A stretch of 64,000 bases of DNA. Origin: Dehalococcoidia bacterium. GTDB lineage: Bacteria; Chloroflexota; Dehalococcoidia; Plut-88900. Every line of letters begins with the position of its first letter. Within the stretch, counting starts at the first letter, position 1. Under the pieces are notes generated by a model that searched no databases, was not told where the DNA came from, and was given only the letters and a program-made list of their open reading frames with translations. The stretch is taken from the NCBI GenBank assembly GCA_965207225.1, contig CBDBLV010000004.1:800001-864000 (forward strand). The letters are read 5' to 3'. Below are positions 27,673 to 37,254 of this stretch, one piece after another. The position numbers and the translations under genes are program-made.

Positions 27673-29979
27673 CTATCCCTTCGCCATCCGGTAGCCGACG
27701 CGGGGCTCGGTGAAGATGTACTTTGGATTTGTGGCGTTGTCTCCCAGCTTGCGCCGAAGGTTTCTGAGTGTGGCGCGAAGCAATTGAACGTCGCCTGCGA
27801 ACTCCAACCCCCAGACCCGTTCGAGGATCTGGTCGTGAGTCATCACCCGTCCGCCGTTGACGGAAAGTTCGAACAGCAGCTTGTACTCGGTAGCGGACAA
27901 CGACGCCTCATGACCGGATATGGCGACCGCGCGGTCTGTATAGTTGATGCTCAACTCTCCCAGATGAAAGGGTTGACGCCGGGTAGCCGCGCCTGCCGCC
28001 TGCCGCTTTCGCAGTGACGCTTCGACCCTAGCGATCAGTTCAGTCGAAGAGAAGGGCTTGACGATATAGTCGTCGGCGCCCATATCGAGAGCCTTCACCA
28101 CGTTATCTTCCTGATCATTGGCGGACAGGAATATGATCGGCGTGTCGGACACCTCGCGGACGCGGTTCATCAACTCGAACCCGTTCGCGCCGGGCAGCGT
28201 CAGGTCCATCAAGACAAGCTGGGGGCGCTCCGTATCCAGGAAACGCATCATCTCGCCCGAGTTGACGGCGCCGAAAGTCGCGTACCCGCGGTCGTCGAGT
28301 ATGGTTCGGAGCAGCCGCAGGATTTGACGATCGTCATCCACCGCGAGAATCTTCGTCATGTCGCCGGATCTGAGCGCCGGAGCGCCGATGGTGGGCGGCT
28401 GAACGGCGTCGGCTAATGCGGGAATCGTGAATACTATCCGAGTGCCCTGTCCTTCGCCGCCGCTCTCAGCGCGGATTCTGCCCCCGTGCGCTTCCACTAT
28501 GCCCTTGCAGATAGCAAGCCCAAGACCTTCGCCAGCGACGCTTCGCTCGCTGCCGGCGGTCTCTATCCTCGAGAACTTCTTGAACAGGTTGGATAGCTGG
28601 TCGGCGGGTATTCCCCTGCCTTCGTCCGATACTGAGAAAGCGACGTAGATGTCGTCCTTAGACGCGGTTAGCTTGATGGTCGCGGTCTCGCCGGAGTACT
28701 TGGATGCGTTGGATAGTAGGTTGTTCAGCACCTGAACGATTCGCTTCCCGTCCGCCGAGACCTTCGGCAGGTTCGGCGAGATTTCCACCACTACCGGGTT
28801 TCGTCGCCCTTGGCGTATGAACGCCATCCTTGCTTCGTCAACAATCGTCCCCACTTCCGCAGGCTCGATATCCACCGATATAGACCCCGATTCTATCTGC
28901 GTCATGTCGAGTAGATTGTTCACGAGGTCGCGCAGGTGATCCGCCTGCTGATCTATCATGCGAAAGTACTGCATCATCTCGGAACCTGTCGGGGAAGTGG
29001 AACTGCCCAGCACAATGCCGGCGCAGCCCTTAATGGTAGTCAATGGCGTTCGCAGCTCGTGGCTCACCATGGCGAGGAATTCGCGGCGTAGCCGCTCCAC
29101 TTCCTCCAAGGGAGTCATATCCTGTATCACGGCGACGGCGGACACTATCTCGCCGTCTTCGGAATAGATGGGCGTGGCGTTGACGAGGGTAGGCACCTTG
29201 CGCCCGTTGGGGAGATCGAACAGTATCTCTTCCGCCCGCGTGACGTCGCCGCGGTCCAGCGCCCTTGCCAACGGGCGCTCGTTGCTTTCGTACTTCTCCC
29301 CGTCCATGCGTCGGTAGAGCGCAACCTCGTGGTAGCGCACGAGGGTAGAGCCTGGCTCCGGGGAGACTCCCAAGATGCGCTCCGCTTCCTGATTGACCGA
29401 CGCGAACGTTCGGGTTTTGGCGTCAACCACCAGAACGCCCACCGGCGAGGTCTCCACCAGCGCAACCAATCTGCGCCGCTCGGTCTCTGCCTGCTCTCTG
29501 CTTCGCCGCTCTTCCTGATGTCTGATGGCGTTGACTATGGCGACGGCGGCTTGCGACGCGAACAGCGCCAGTATCTCTTCGTCTTCTTCCGAGAACTCAT
29601 CGCCGCCTTCCTTCCCGGCAAGGTATATGTTGCCCAGCGACTTGCCGAGATGGAAGATAGGCGTTTCGAACGACGGCCGCCGTTCTGGAGTAACGCCGGA
29701 AGTGATGAATTCCCCAATCCGCCCGGATTCGTCGAACAGCCCGACCGCGCCGTACCGAGCGTCGGTCAGCGAGCGAGCGCTGTCAACGATTTCCTGAAGC
29801 GCGGCGTCCGGTTCCCAAATCTCGGAGACACGGCAGCTGACCTCGATCATCTTGGCGAAGCGAGCGCGCAGGGCATCGGTCTCTCGCCTAGCGGCGTCGG
29901 CCTTCTTCATATCGCCTCCCGAATCGTGCTGGCATCCCATTGGACCATCTCGTCCGGCGACGGGATGGGAGCGCATCAT
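27673..29979 (-). CDS. Cytoplasmic hybrid sensor kinase-regulator: GAF-PAS-HisKA-HATPase-REC-winged helix
   Basis: SHELRTPL, NLLSNASKY, GEGLGLAIC, ILAVDDD..LMDLTLP..KPF and SATEYKLL..IFTEPRVGY; no TM segment. Confidence 0.92.
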   Translation of the reverse strand: MMRSHPVAGRDGPMGCQHDSGGDMKKADAARRETDALRARFAKMIEVSCRVSEIWEPDAALQEIVDSARSLTDARYGAVGLFDESGRIGEFITSGVTPERRPSFETPIFHLGKSLGNIYLAGKEGGDEFSEEDEEILALFASQAAVAIVNAIRHQEERRSREQAETERRRLVALVETSPVGVLVVDAKTRTFASVNQEAERILGVSPEPGSTLVRYHEVALYRRMDGEKYESNERPLARALDRGDVTRAEEILFDLPNGRKVPTLVNATPIYSEDGEIVSAVAVIQDMTPLEEVERLRREFLAMVSHELRTPLTTIKGCAGIVLGSSTSPTGSEMMQYFRMIDQQADHLRDLVNNLLDMTQIESGSISVDIEPAEVGTIVDEARMAFIRQGRRNPVVVEISPNLPKVSADGKRIVQVLNNLLSNASKYSGETATIKLTASKDDIYVAFSVSDEGRGIPADQLSNLFKKFSRIETAGSERSVAGEGLGLAICKGIVEAHGGRIRAESGGEGQGTRIVFTIPALADAVQPPTIGAPALRSGDMTKILAVDDDRQILRLLRTILDDRGYATFGAVNSGEMMRFLDTERPQLVLMDLTLPGANGFELMNRVREVSDTPIIFLSANDQEDNVVKALDMGADDYIVKPFSSTELIARVEASLRKRQAAGAATRRQPFHLGELSINYTDRAVAISGHEASLSATEYKLLFELSVNGGRVMTHDQILERVWGLEFAGDVQLLRATLRNLRRKLGDNATNPKYIFTEPRVGYRMAKG

Positions 29980-30031
29980 ATCACAGTCCCTGCCGCGTGG
30001 GAGTGTGCTGGGGGAAAGCCATCCTGGATTC

Positions 30032-30080
30032 TTTGATGGTTTTTTGATGGAAATGGCGTTGTTTTTGATATCCGTTTGAT
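30032..30080. promoter_or_regulatory. Four TTTGAT direct repeats (spacing 11/21/11)
   Basis: TTTGAT at 30032, 30043, 30064 and 30075, between the divergent kinase and protease genes. Confidence 0.75.
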
Positions 30081-30187
30081 GTTGGGCGTCTATGATGGGC
30101 AGTGTATGGGTTAGAGAGGGGCGACGGATGGACAGGCTGAAGGCCTGCTTGTAGTGTCAAAATCCAGAATACACGATCTAGAGGAGA

Positions 30188-31888
30188 ATGATCATGACAC
30201 GGGTATTGTTTCTAAAATTTCTGCTACGGTGGATGGTACTGCCAATAGTAGCAGTTACGGTTTTCGGTGTCTCGGTACTTGCTGGGGCGAGTACCGCTTA
30301 CGCTTACAACGATAGCGGTTCTACACCGTGCGTGTGGCAATACGAAGCAAACACGACACTCCAGCTACCATATGTTGCTGACCCAGATCACCCGCCCAGC
30401 GGCGCGTACGCAACTGCCTACTCTCGAGCGCGATCGTCATGGAATGGTTCAGACACGCCAGTTTCCTTTCAGCATGACGGTTCACAGTCCAACCATAAGA
30501 TAGGAGTTCGAGACCTTGGACAGTCGGGTAGCGTTTCCTTTTAGGTGGTAGAAGACAGCAGTCCACGTCGCTGAAGCAGGATCATCAGGTTGTGTGGATT
30601 CCACCAGGTTCCCATCCGCTCCCGCCGTCTAAGCTCACGATTCAACCGTTCAAGCAGAGAGGTGGTCTTGTAACGTGACTGTCCACTCACAAGGTGCGCC
30701 AAGCCCTTGCTCAACGCCTTCTCGCACCAGTACTCGGCTTCGCCGCCACTCAGGTACATTGCGTGTTCAGCGTGAGTCCGAGCCTCAGCCGGACTCTCAG
30801 ACCTCAGTAGTTTCAGAGCTTCGGAGAACCCCGCCTCGCCTATGTTCCTGAGGTATTCTCTCAGCAGATGGAACTGACACAGCTGGTGGTTGGCCTCTCT
30901 GCCATAGGTCATCTCTATCGCCGACGCTATCGCAAGGTCCCCGTCGCTCACTATATGTACAGGAGACTCCGCGCCACGCATATACGCCTCGGCAACAGTC
31001 TCCTCCCAACTGTCGAACGTCGCCATCACGTTGCCCCTGTCGTCACGGACCACCTTCATCTCCACAGCGCCCTGTGCGGTTCGTGTCCACAACCCGTCCA
31101 TCTCCAGGACATCCCCACCCATGCTGGTCGCTCGCAGCTTCTCCTTCCTTATCCACTTGCACAGCGTACTCTTTGCGAATCCAAACAACTTCCCGACCTG
31201 AGCGTAGCTCAGACCCAGCGCCGCCAACTCTATCGCCTTCTCTCTGGTTTTTTTGAGTACCGGTTCCTCTTTTCGTCTCCCAGAAGCTCCATTCCACTAC
31301 TCATGAGTCCACACTCAGAGCAGCGGAACTTCGGGACCGATAGCCTGAGTTCACCGTCCTTTGTGATTATCGAGCGCGGGTAGCTTTGGTGTCTGCTCAT
31401 CGCAAGGTCGCACTCAACGCACATCGGCCTGTAAGCGTCCAGGGCGGACTGGAGTCTGTCCTGCATATACTGGGCCATCGTACGATCTCTCTGTTCTTCC
31501 AATTGATATAGCAGACCCGACATCGCTTGCCCCTCCTCAATGGTGTGCCTGAGCTCATCCTATAACCTGACCACCTAAAAGGAAACGCTACCGACAGTCG
31601 GGACCTCTGGGAAGAACGTCTTGGTCATGCTTTTCTTGGTTCCACAAGCGATCTGCAACGACCACACTGTTGAACTCGGCTATCTTAGACAGCAAGAGCG
31701 CGAATTACAAGAGATCAGTCGCTACTCACGAACTGGGACACTACATCGGTGTTCGACATAGTAGCGAGTCGCCCGCTGTCATGAAGACCAGTAGAAACCG
31801 CAATACGATCTATCTGGTGTACGAAGACGACGAGTGTGCGGTGAATGACAGGTACTCGCATACGAGCTACCCAGTGACCTGTGATTAG
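30188..31888 (+). pseudogene. Secreted matrixin-like metalloprotease interrupted by an IS
   Basis: Removing 30527-31592 plus one TSD copy restores ..DLGQS|GPLGRTSW..THELGHYIGVRH..AVM in frame. Confidence 0.9.
30527..31592 (-). mobile_element. Compact 1066-bp IS with a two-ORF (frameshift) DDE transposase, family uncertain
   Basis: Perfect 23-bp IR GGTAGCGTTTCCTTTTAGGTGGT; 8-bp TSD GACAGTCG; ORFs 31230-31523 and 30541-31227 joined at an A7 run. Confidence 0.92.
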
Positions 31889-31916
31889 AAACAAGTAACG
31901 AAAAGGAGGTTAAACT

Positions 31917-32555
31917 ATGAAATTCAGAATGTTCGCATTCTTTGGCACCATAGTAGTTGCAGGGCTTATCTTTGGGATCCTAGTGGCTCCAAATTTGATA
32001 CTTTCTGGCGGCAGCGAAGACGAGTGGGCCGACTACACTAGCGCCGATACACTGGTCAGTGACTCTGACAGAATCATAGTCGCCCGATACTTGGACGAAA
32101 CGCTCCATGTCAAACCGGAGACATCAGCGGCTACAGGGAAAGAGCACGGGTCTGTGAGTCACCTCTTTCGTCGTTTCGAAGTCGTCGAGTCGCTTAAGGG
32201 GAGCGCGACGATTGGAGAAACAATCTTCGTAGCGTTCACAACCGGCTACACGACCAAATTAGACAACGGCGAGTCTGAGTTCACTTCATTCGAGGTTGCA
32301 CCCTTGGTTCCAAGCCAGGAGTACGCGCTATTCCTCTATGGCGTACCTAGGAGGGAAGGTTATCCGACGAAATACGGGGAAACCCTGTGGGCGACTACTG
32401 GCGAACCTGGCATCGCTTTAATAGACCAAAGCGGTGGCCTAAGCTTCAAGTCCAGTGAACGGTACAAGAACGAGTATGGGCTTGTGTCTGATACTGGAGC
32501 TCCATTTATACTCAGCAAAGATCAGATAAGGTCGATCGTGTCAACAAGTCAATGA
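31917..32555 (+). CDS. Membrane-anchored partner protein, homologue of 24814-25413
   Basis: AGGAGG RBS, N-terminal TM, SADTLVSDSDRIIVA..EVVESLKG..EYALFL. Confidence 0.8.
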   Translation: MKFRMFAFFGTIVVAGLIFGILVAPNLILSGGSEDEWADYTSADTLVSDSDRIIVARYLDETLHVKPETSAATGKEHGSVSHLFRRFEVVESLKGSATIGETIFVAFTTGYTTKLDNGESEFTSFEVAPLVPSQEYALFLYGVPRREGYPTKYGETLWATTGEPGIALIDQSGGLSFKSSERYKNEYGLVSDTGAPFILSKDQIRSIVSTSQ

Positions 32556-33589
32556 GGGTCCGGTAGAATAGCTGGCTTGCTATGAAACGCAAAAGGGGCC
32601 GCATACATGGGGAGCTAGCGATTACATTAAAACAGGGAACAGAGACTTCCCACTGTCTGTAACTGGCCCGGACGGTCAACTGATCGGATACATAGGTCCT
32701 AACGGCTACTGGACTATCGGTGAACCAGATCCTGTAATCACGGGTTCGGTGATGACGGTTGAAGAATTCGGCGGGCCCGACGCCAACCAACAAGCGCCTG
32801 CCGGACAGTGAACTACTCATCAAGTCAGCGTTCTGGCAGCGTGCGACCAGAACGCTGACTTGCAACAAAGTTAGATTAGGGAGGGGTGCGCCATTGCAAT
32901 CATGTGCTGGCGCGCCCTGATTGGTTCGTCGAACACTCGGCAGTGCCCTAGGAGGCTACGGCCCTTCATCTGAAAACCTATCCCTTGGGACGATTGTCTC
33001 AGGGGATTTTCTTTTGCCAAGCTCCCTCTCCCGCCTGGCCCGCGCCCATTCCCTGTGACCGCGCGTCGCACCGCTATCAGCGTCAACGACTCGGTGACGC
33101 TCCAGTGCGTCTCGCTCACGTTTAGGAGCGTAAGCTTTGCCGCAATCGCAAGTGCCTTGACTGCCAGGCGGCCCAGCGCGAGAACCAGACAGTCAACCCA
33201 CTTGGGAATCAGCCCCGGATAGTCCGGGACGTCCGCCCTGTGGGAGCTGCGGCCCCTGCTGCGGACCTCGTTCATTCCCCCAGGCAGCATCTGATCACCT
33301 CATTACCCCGCTTCAGTTCGTCTATAGCAGCTAACATCATCGCATTCACCTGAGTTTGAGTTTCCTTTTGGGAATTATAAGGGAGACTTGACGGAATGGT
33401 CACACGACAACGCAATGCTGGGTATGGGAGGTGGGCAACTATCTAAGGAGTCGTCCAGTACTAGGAAGGCAAACCCACAGCGCAGGCAGTGTTTGGCGAC
33501 CTCCAGCCTCGACTTTGTACAATAGCTAGACAGAATAAGGAAGCGGGATAAGCTGGGCGTACCAATCCATCACGAGAGGTACCGCCCGC

Positions 33590-34386
33590 GCTCATCCCGC
33601 CAGAAGCTATTGTACCGATACTCCAGCCCTTCTCAAGTCTGTTACACTGGAGGACGTGGACGAAAGCTCAGATCCTGCTGTTCGGAGCCATACTCAGTCC
33701 GCGAAAACGGACCATCAAATCGGAGCTTCGCGTAATAGGACTCGGCGACGATTACGGCTTCGCAAAGTATCACCACGTTCTCAACCGCGCGGTCTTCTCT
33801 CCTCTCCGACTCAGCAGGGTTCTGCTGTTGATTCTGGTCCAGCGTCTCGGTCGAGACGGTGAGCCGATGGTCTTCGGTATAGACGAGACTAACGAGCGCC
33901 GTCGCGGCAGACGCATCAACGCTCTGGGAGTCTATCGAGACGCTGTCCGCTCCAGCGAGTCACATGTGGTCAAGACCACCGGTCTGCGTGGGATAAGCCT
34001 GATGTGGCTGGCGCACATACCATGGGCGCATCGAACCTGGGCCCTGCCGGTTCTGACTGCTCTGGCTCCATCCGATCAGTACCATAGGGAGGTCGGTCTT
34101 CCTCAACAAGAGGATCACCGACTGGGCGCGTCAGATGATACTCCAGATGCGACGCTGGCTGCCTACCAGACGCATCGTCGTGGTCGCAGACCGTAACTAT
34201 GCCGCCCTCGAATTGCTCAACTTCTGCCAATCCCTGACACAGCCGGTCACCTTCATCACCAGGCTGAGACTCGACGCAGAACTCTACGAACCTCCGCCAA
34301 GCAGAATGCCTGGACAGATCGGACGTCCTCGCATCAAGGGACAGCGACTGCCCTCGCTTGGGATCGCAGACCGCATACTGGTATAG
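33590..34386 (+). pseudogene. Degenerate DDE_5 (IS701/IS4-like) transposase fragment
   Basis: FGIDETNERRRG..GVYRDAVRSS, WALPVLTALAPS, VVADRNYA and ITRLRLDA in several frames; ends approximate. Confidence 0.8.
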
Positions 34387-34401
34387 TGGAGTTTGCGCCT
34401 C

Positions 34402-35289
34402 ATGATCAATCTATTCAGAAAACTCAAGACGTCCTTAGGGTGGTGTGACGCCGACTCTGACTCTGACCTTTCGTATCTATACCGCGTCAACCTTCATGGC
34501 GAGCCTGACATGGAAGAGCTCGCGGAAGCGGCAGGTCGGCGTATGCGCCATTGGATGTTGATTGAGAACGTCGGGAACGTGATTCTTGGACTGCTTATGG
34601 CAATCCCGTTGTTCATCGCTAGGCGTCTGAAGAGACAAGCGCAGTCCGCGCCGCCCGAATTGGACGAACACGGATTTCCGATGGACTGGCGACAAGACCC
34701 TACGACTCGCCCGATCTTGGTTAGCCATCTTGAGCAGTCTGCAGAGGACTGGGCAATATTCGAACGCTGGTGCGAAGCCAAGTCTTTCAGGGCGTTCCCA
34801 GCTTCGCCTGAGACGGTTCTGAAATTCCTAACCGACCCGTCCGTTCACGGGCAGCGTCTCGCAGACGTGTACTGGGCCATTGATCGCCGGCACGATGCCT
34901 ACTACTGGAATGAGGATGCGAATCCTTGCTACTACATAGACCGCTGTTACAGCGTAGATGTTTCCGCGAACGGGGAGGTGACGTTCGCGGACCACTGGAA
35001 CGTCTTTGACTGGTGGCGCCGCGAAAGGGACGTCGTCTCTTTACCCGCGTCTCCGGATGCGGTTCTGGCGTTTCTGAGAGAGCCGCCTCTGTCCGGCCCT
35101 AACCTCTACCACGTTTGGGTGGCAATAGGCGAACGCCACGATGCCCACTATCGCCACGAAGACGCCAACCCTCGCTATGTCCTGGAGCGAGAGTTTGGAG
35201 TGAGTGTCGCGCCGGACGGGGCGGTGAGCATTCCTGCCAGCGCTCCTAATGCCCCAGCCTATCCCATGCGTTGGGGTTATACTGAGTGA
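34402..35289 (+). CDS. Hypothetical protein: TM helix plus two tandem domains resembling the Cre-like recombinase N-terminal domain
   Basis: WAIFERWCEAKSFRAFPASPETVLKFL and WNVFDWWRRERDVVSLPASPDAVLAFL repeats, each followed by RHDAxY..EDANP. Confidence 0.65.
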   Translation: MINLFRKLKTSLGWCDADSDSDLSYLYRVNLHGEPDMEELAEAAGRRMRHWMLIENVGNVILGLLMAIPLFIARRLKRQAQSAPPELDEHGFPMDWRQDPTTRPILVSHLEQSAEDWAIFERWCEAKSFRAFPASPETVLKFLTDPSVHGQRLADVYWAIDRRHDAYYWNEDANPCYYIDRCYSVDVSANGEVTFADHWNVFDWWRRERDVVSLPASPDAVLAFLREPPLSGPNLYHVWVAIGERHDAHYRHEDANPRYVLEREFGVSVAPDGAVSIPASAPNAPAYPMRWGYTE

Positions 35290-35479
35290 AGCCCCGCGCT
35301 CCGACGGAATGAACATACGACTGCTGGTCTCTATTTATTCAGAGGCTGTACCCGATTTAGGCAGGTAGGTGTTTCGAGGGATACGGTTGACAGTGGAGTA
35401 GCGCTCTGGTTCCAGCTTTCGCGAGAATGGGGTCGAAGACGAAAGTGGGGTCCAATATCTGAACGCACAATCTAGGAAA

Positions 35480-35508
35480 GTAGGGACAGGTTTGAAACCT
35501 GCCCCTAC
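35480..35508. repeat. REP-like palindrome
   Basis: GTAGGGACAGGTTTGAAACCTGCCCCTAC (GTAG foot plus hairpin) downstream of the DUF1501 gene. Confidence 0.75.
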
Positions 35509-35568
35509 GGGTTAGCCGAATTATCCTTACGGTTGTCGGATAGTCGGGCGTTAGTTGTTTCCAGTGCG

Positions 35569-36310
35569 CTAGTTGCGGACGAAGTCGAACTGCTCGAAGT
35601 TGCCGTTGGCGATCGGTTCTGGGCCGAGGCCGAGCCAGCGGTCGAGGATGGTGGAGTAGGTGATGCGGAAGTCGTTGCTGAAGAGCATATCGCCTTCGAG
35701 CTGGTCTTCGGGGCGCAGCGACGGGAAGTCGCCGTAGAGACCGCCGTTGACGTCGCCGCCAACTACGAACGCCACGCCGCCGGAGCCGTGGTCGGCGCCC
35801 GCTCCGTTGTCGTTGATGTGGCGCCCGAACTCGGAGAACATGAGGACCACCGTGTCCTTGTCGCGCCCGCGCTCCTTGAGGTCGTCCATGAAGTCGGCGA
35901 CAGCGGAGGATACGTCGCCCCACAACTTGGCGTGGGCGGCGAGCTCGTTGGCGTGTGTATCGAAGCTGCCGCGCTGAGTGTAGAACCCGCGGGCGCCGAC
36001 GTCGGCGAACATTGCCTGAGCGATGTTCTTCATGTTCTCAGCTATGGGGGTGTCTGCGTACTCGACGCTGGAGGTGTAGGCTTCGGGAGCGGTGCGGAGG
36101 ATGTCGGCGCCCTTGAGCGCGTCCATGCCCACCTGGCTGATGAACTGCGAGATGGTGTCTTTGCCGGATCCGCCGTATATCTGCGAGAACGCTTCTAGGG
36201 CGAGCTTGCGCGCCGCTTCGTCCTTGATGTCGGGCATCAGGCCGTAGGTCTCGAGGTTGCCTACGGAGGCGACGGGGACGTCTTTGGCGTACATGGCGCG
36301 CGGCAGCCTC
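35569..36310 (-). pseudogene. DUF1501-family protein, 5'-truncated
   Basis: GSFDTHANE, MFSEFGR..N..GADHG and GGDVNGGLYGDFPSL; homology stops at GLPRAM near 36310. Confidence 0.85.
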
Positions 36311-36410
36311 CTGGGCGGGGTACGATGGTCGGGGTCGGGTGTCGGTGGAGCATGTAGTGGCGCCGGGATACTCCGCTTTGCTGACCAAGCCGGAGGCGGA
36401 GTCCGCGTAA
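36311..36410 (+). pseudogene. 3' fragment of a paralogue of the multi-HTH protein at 62110-63207
   Basis: Translates to WAGYDGRGRVSVEHVVAPGYSALLTKPEAESA*, against RAGYDGRGRVSVEHVVVRGCSAMLKRPDEATA*. Confidence 0.85.
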
Positions 36411-37045
36411 GAGAAGCGGCCGCATGGACGGCTCACATCGAACCGCGCGCAAACGACGACGCATCCGGGCCTTGCGCATCCAAGCAGACATCCGGGGGCG
36501 TGGCGCGCCTCGGAGACTCATCGACACCTATCGCGACGTCATCAGGGGCCTGTCACTCTCTCCCTACAGACCCACCAGGGCGCCACCGTAGTGGGCAAGA
36601 TGTGAACAGGGAAGACCTTCAGCGCGCCGTGCAACGCGGCATAGTATACCCGGCTCAACTGGGAAGAACTCGGAGAAAGTTCTTGGGCCAACAGACCCAC
36701 CTTCGAAGCGAAAGCCTAGGGGGACAACAGCATGTCGGTAAAGCGGCTACAGTCCCAAAGCGTTCTAGGGCCGGTTCCGCAAGGCCCGCGCGATACCGTG
36801 AAAGCTTGATTGCCTGAACCCCGGTTCCCAAGCGGTGTTGCACTTCACACGCCGGCAGAACGCTTGAAACCCGGCGCCGCTCATTGCGCTGGCCTGACGT
36901 AGGAACCACTGCAACTCCGATGAGCGGACGATGACCGATGCGGTCATTCAAGGAAACGAACGGGGCGCCTACAGTCGCGCTCGAACGTCCTATGTCGAAA
37001 CGGCGATGGGGAACAACGGCTCGCCCTGGGCACGCCTCAGTTGCC

Positions 37046-37243
37046 TCAGTCTTGGTCACGAGACTCCGATTCGCGCTCTATCGTAATGATCCTCACTTTG
37101 AGGAAGCGAAACGCAAGCGCGATGACGACGACCAGCGCCAAGCCGGTAACCAGCGCTTCAAGAAGCTGCAGCCAGACAATGGTAAACAGAGATTCCATTC
37201 TAATCATGGTGTGGAGTCTAGCCGAATCACACCCCATCGTCAA
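37046..37243 (-). CDS. Possible small single-TM protein
   Basis: MESLFTIVWLQLLEALVTGLALVVVIALAFRFLK hydrophobic helix. Confidence 0.35.
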   Translation of the reverse strand: MTMGCDSARLHTMIRMESLFTIVWLQLLEALVTGLALVVVIALAFRFLKVRIITIERESESRDQD

Positions 37244-37254
37244 CGGAACGCGGG

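Noticed and set aside
32560-33580. ORFs 32512-32868 and 32871-33290
   Set aside because: No RBS or motif support; likely decayed intergenic DNA.
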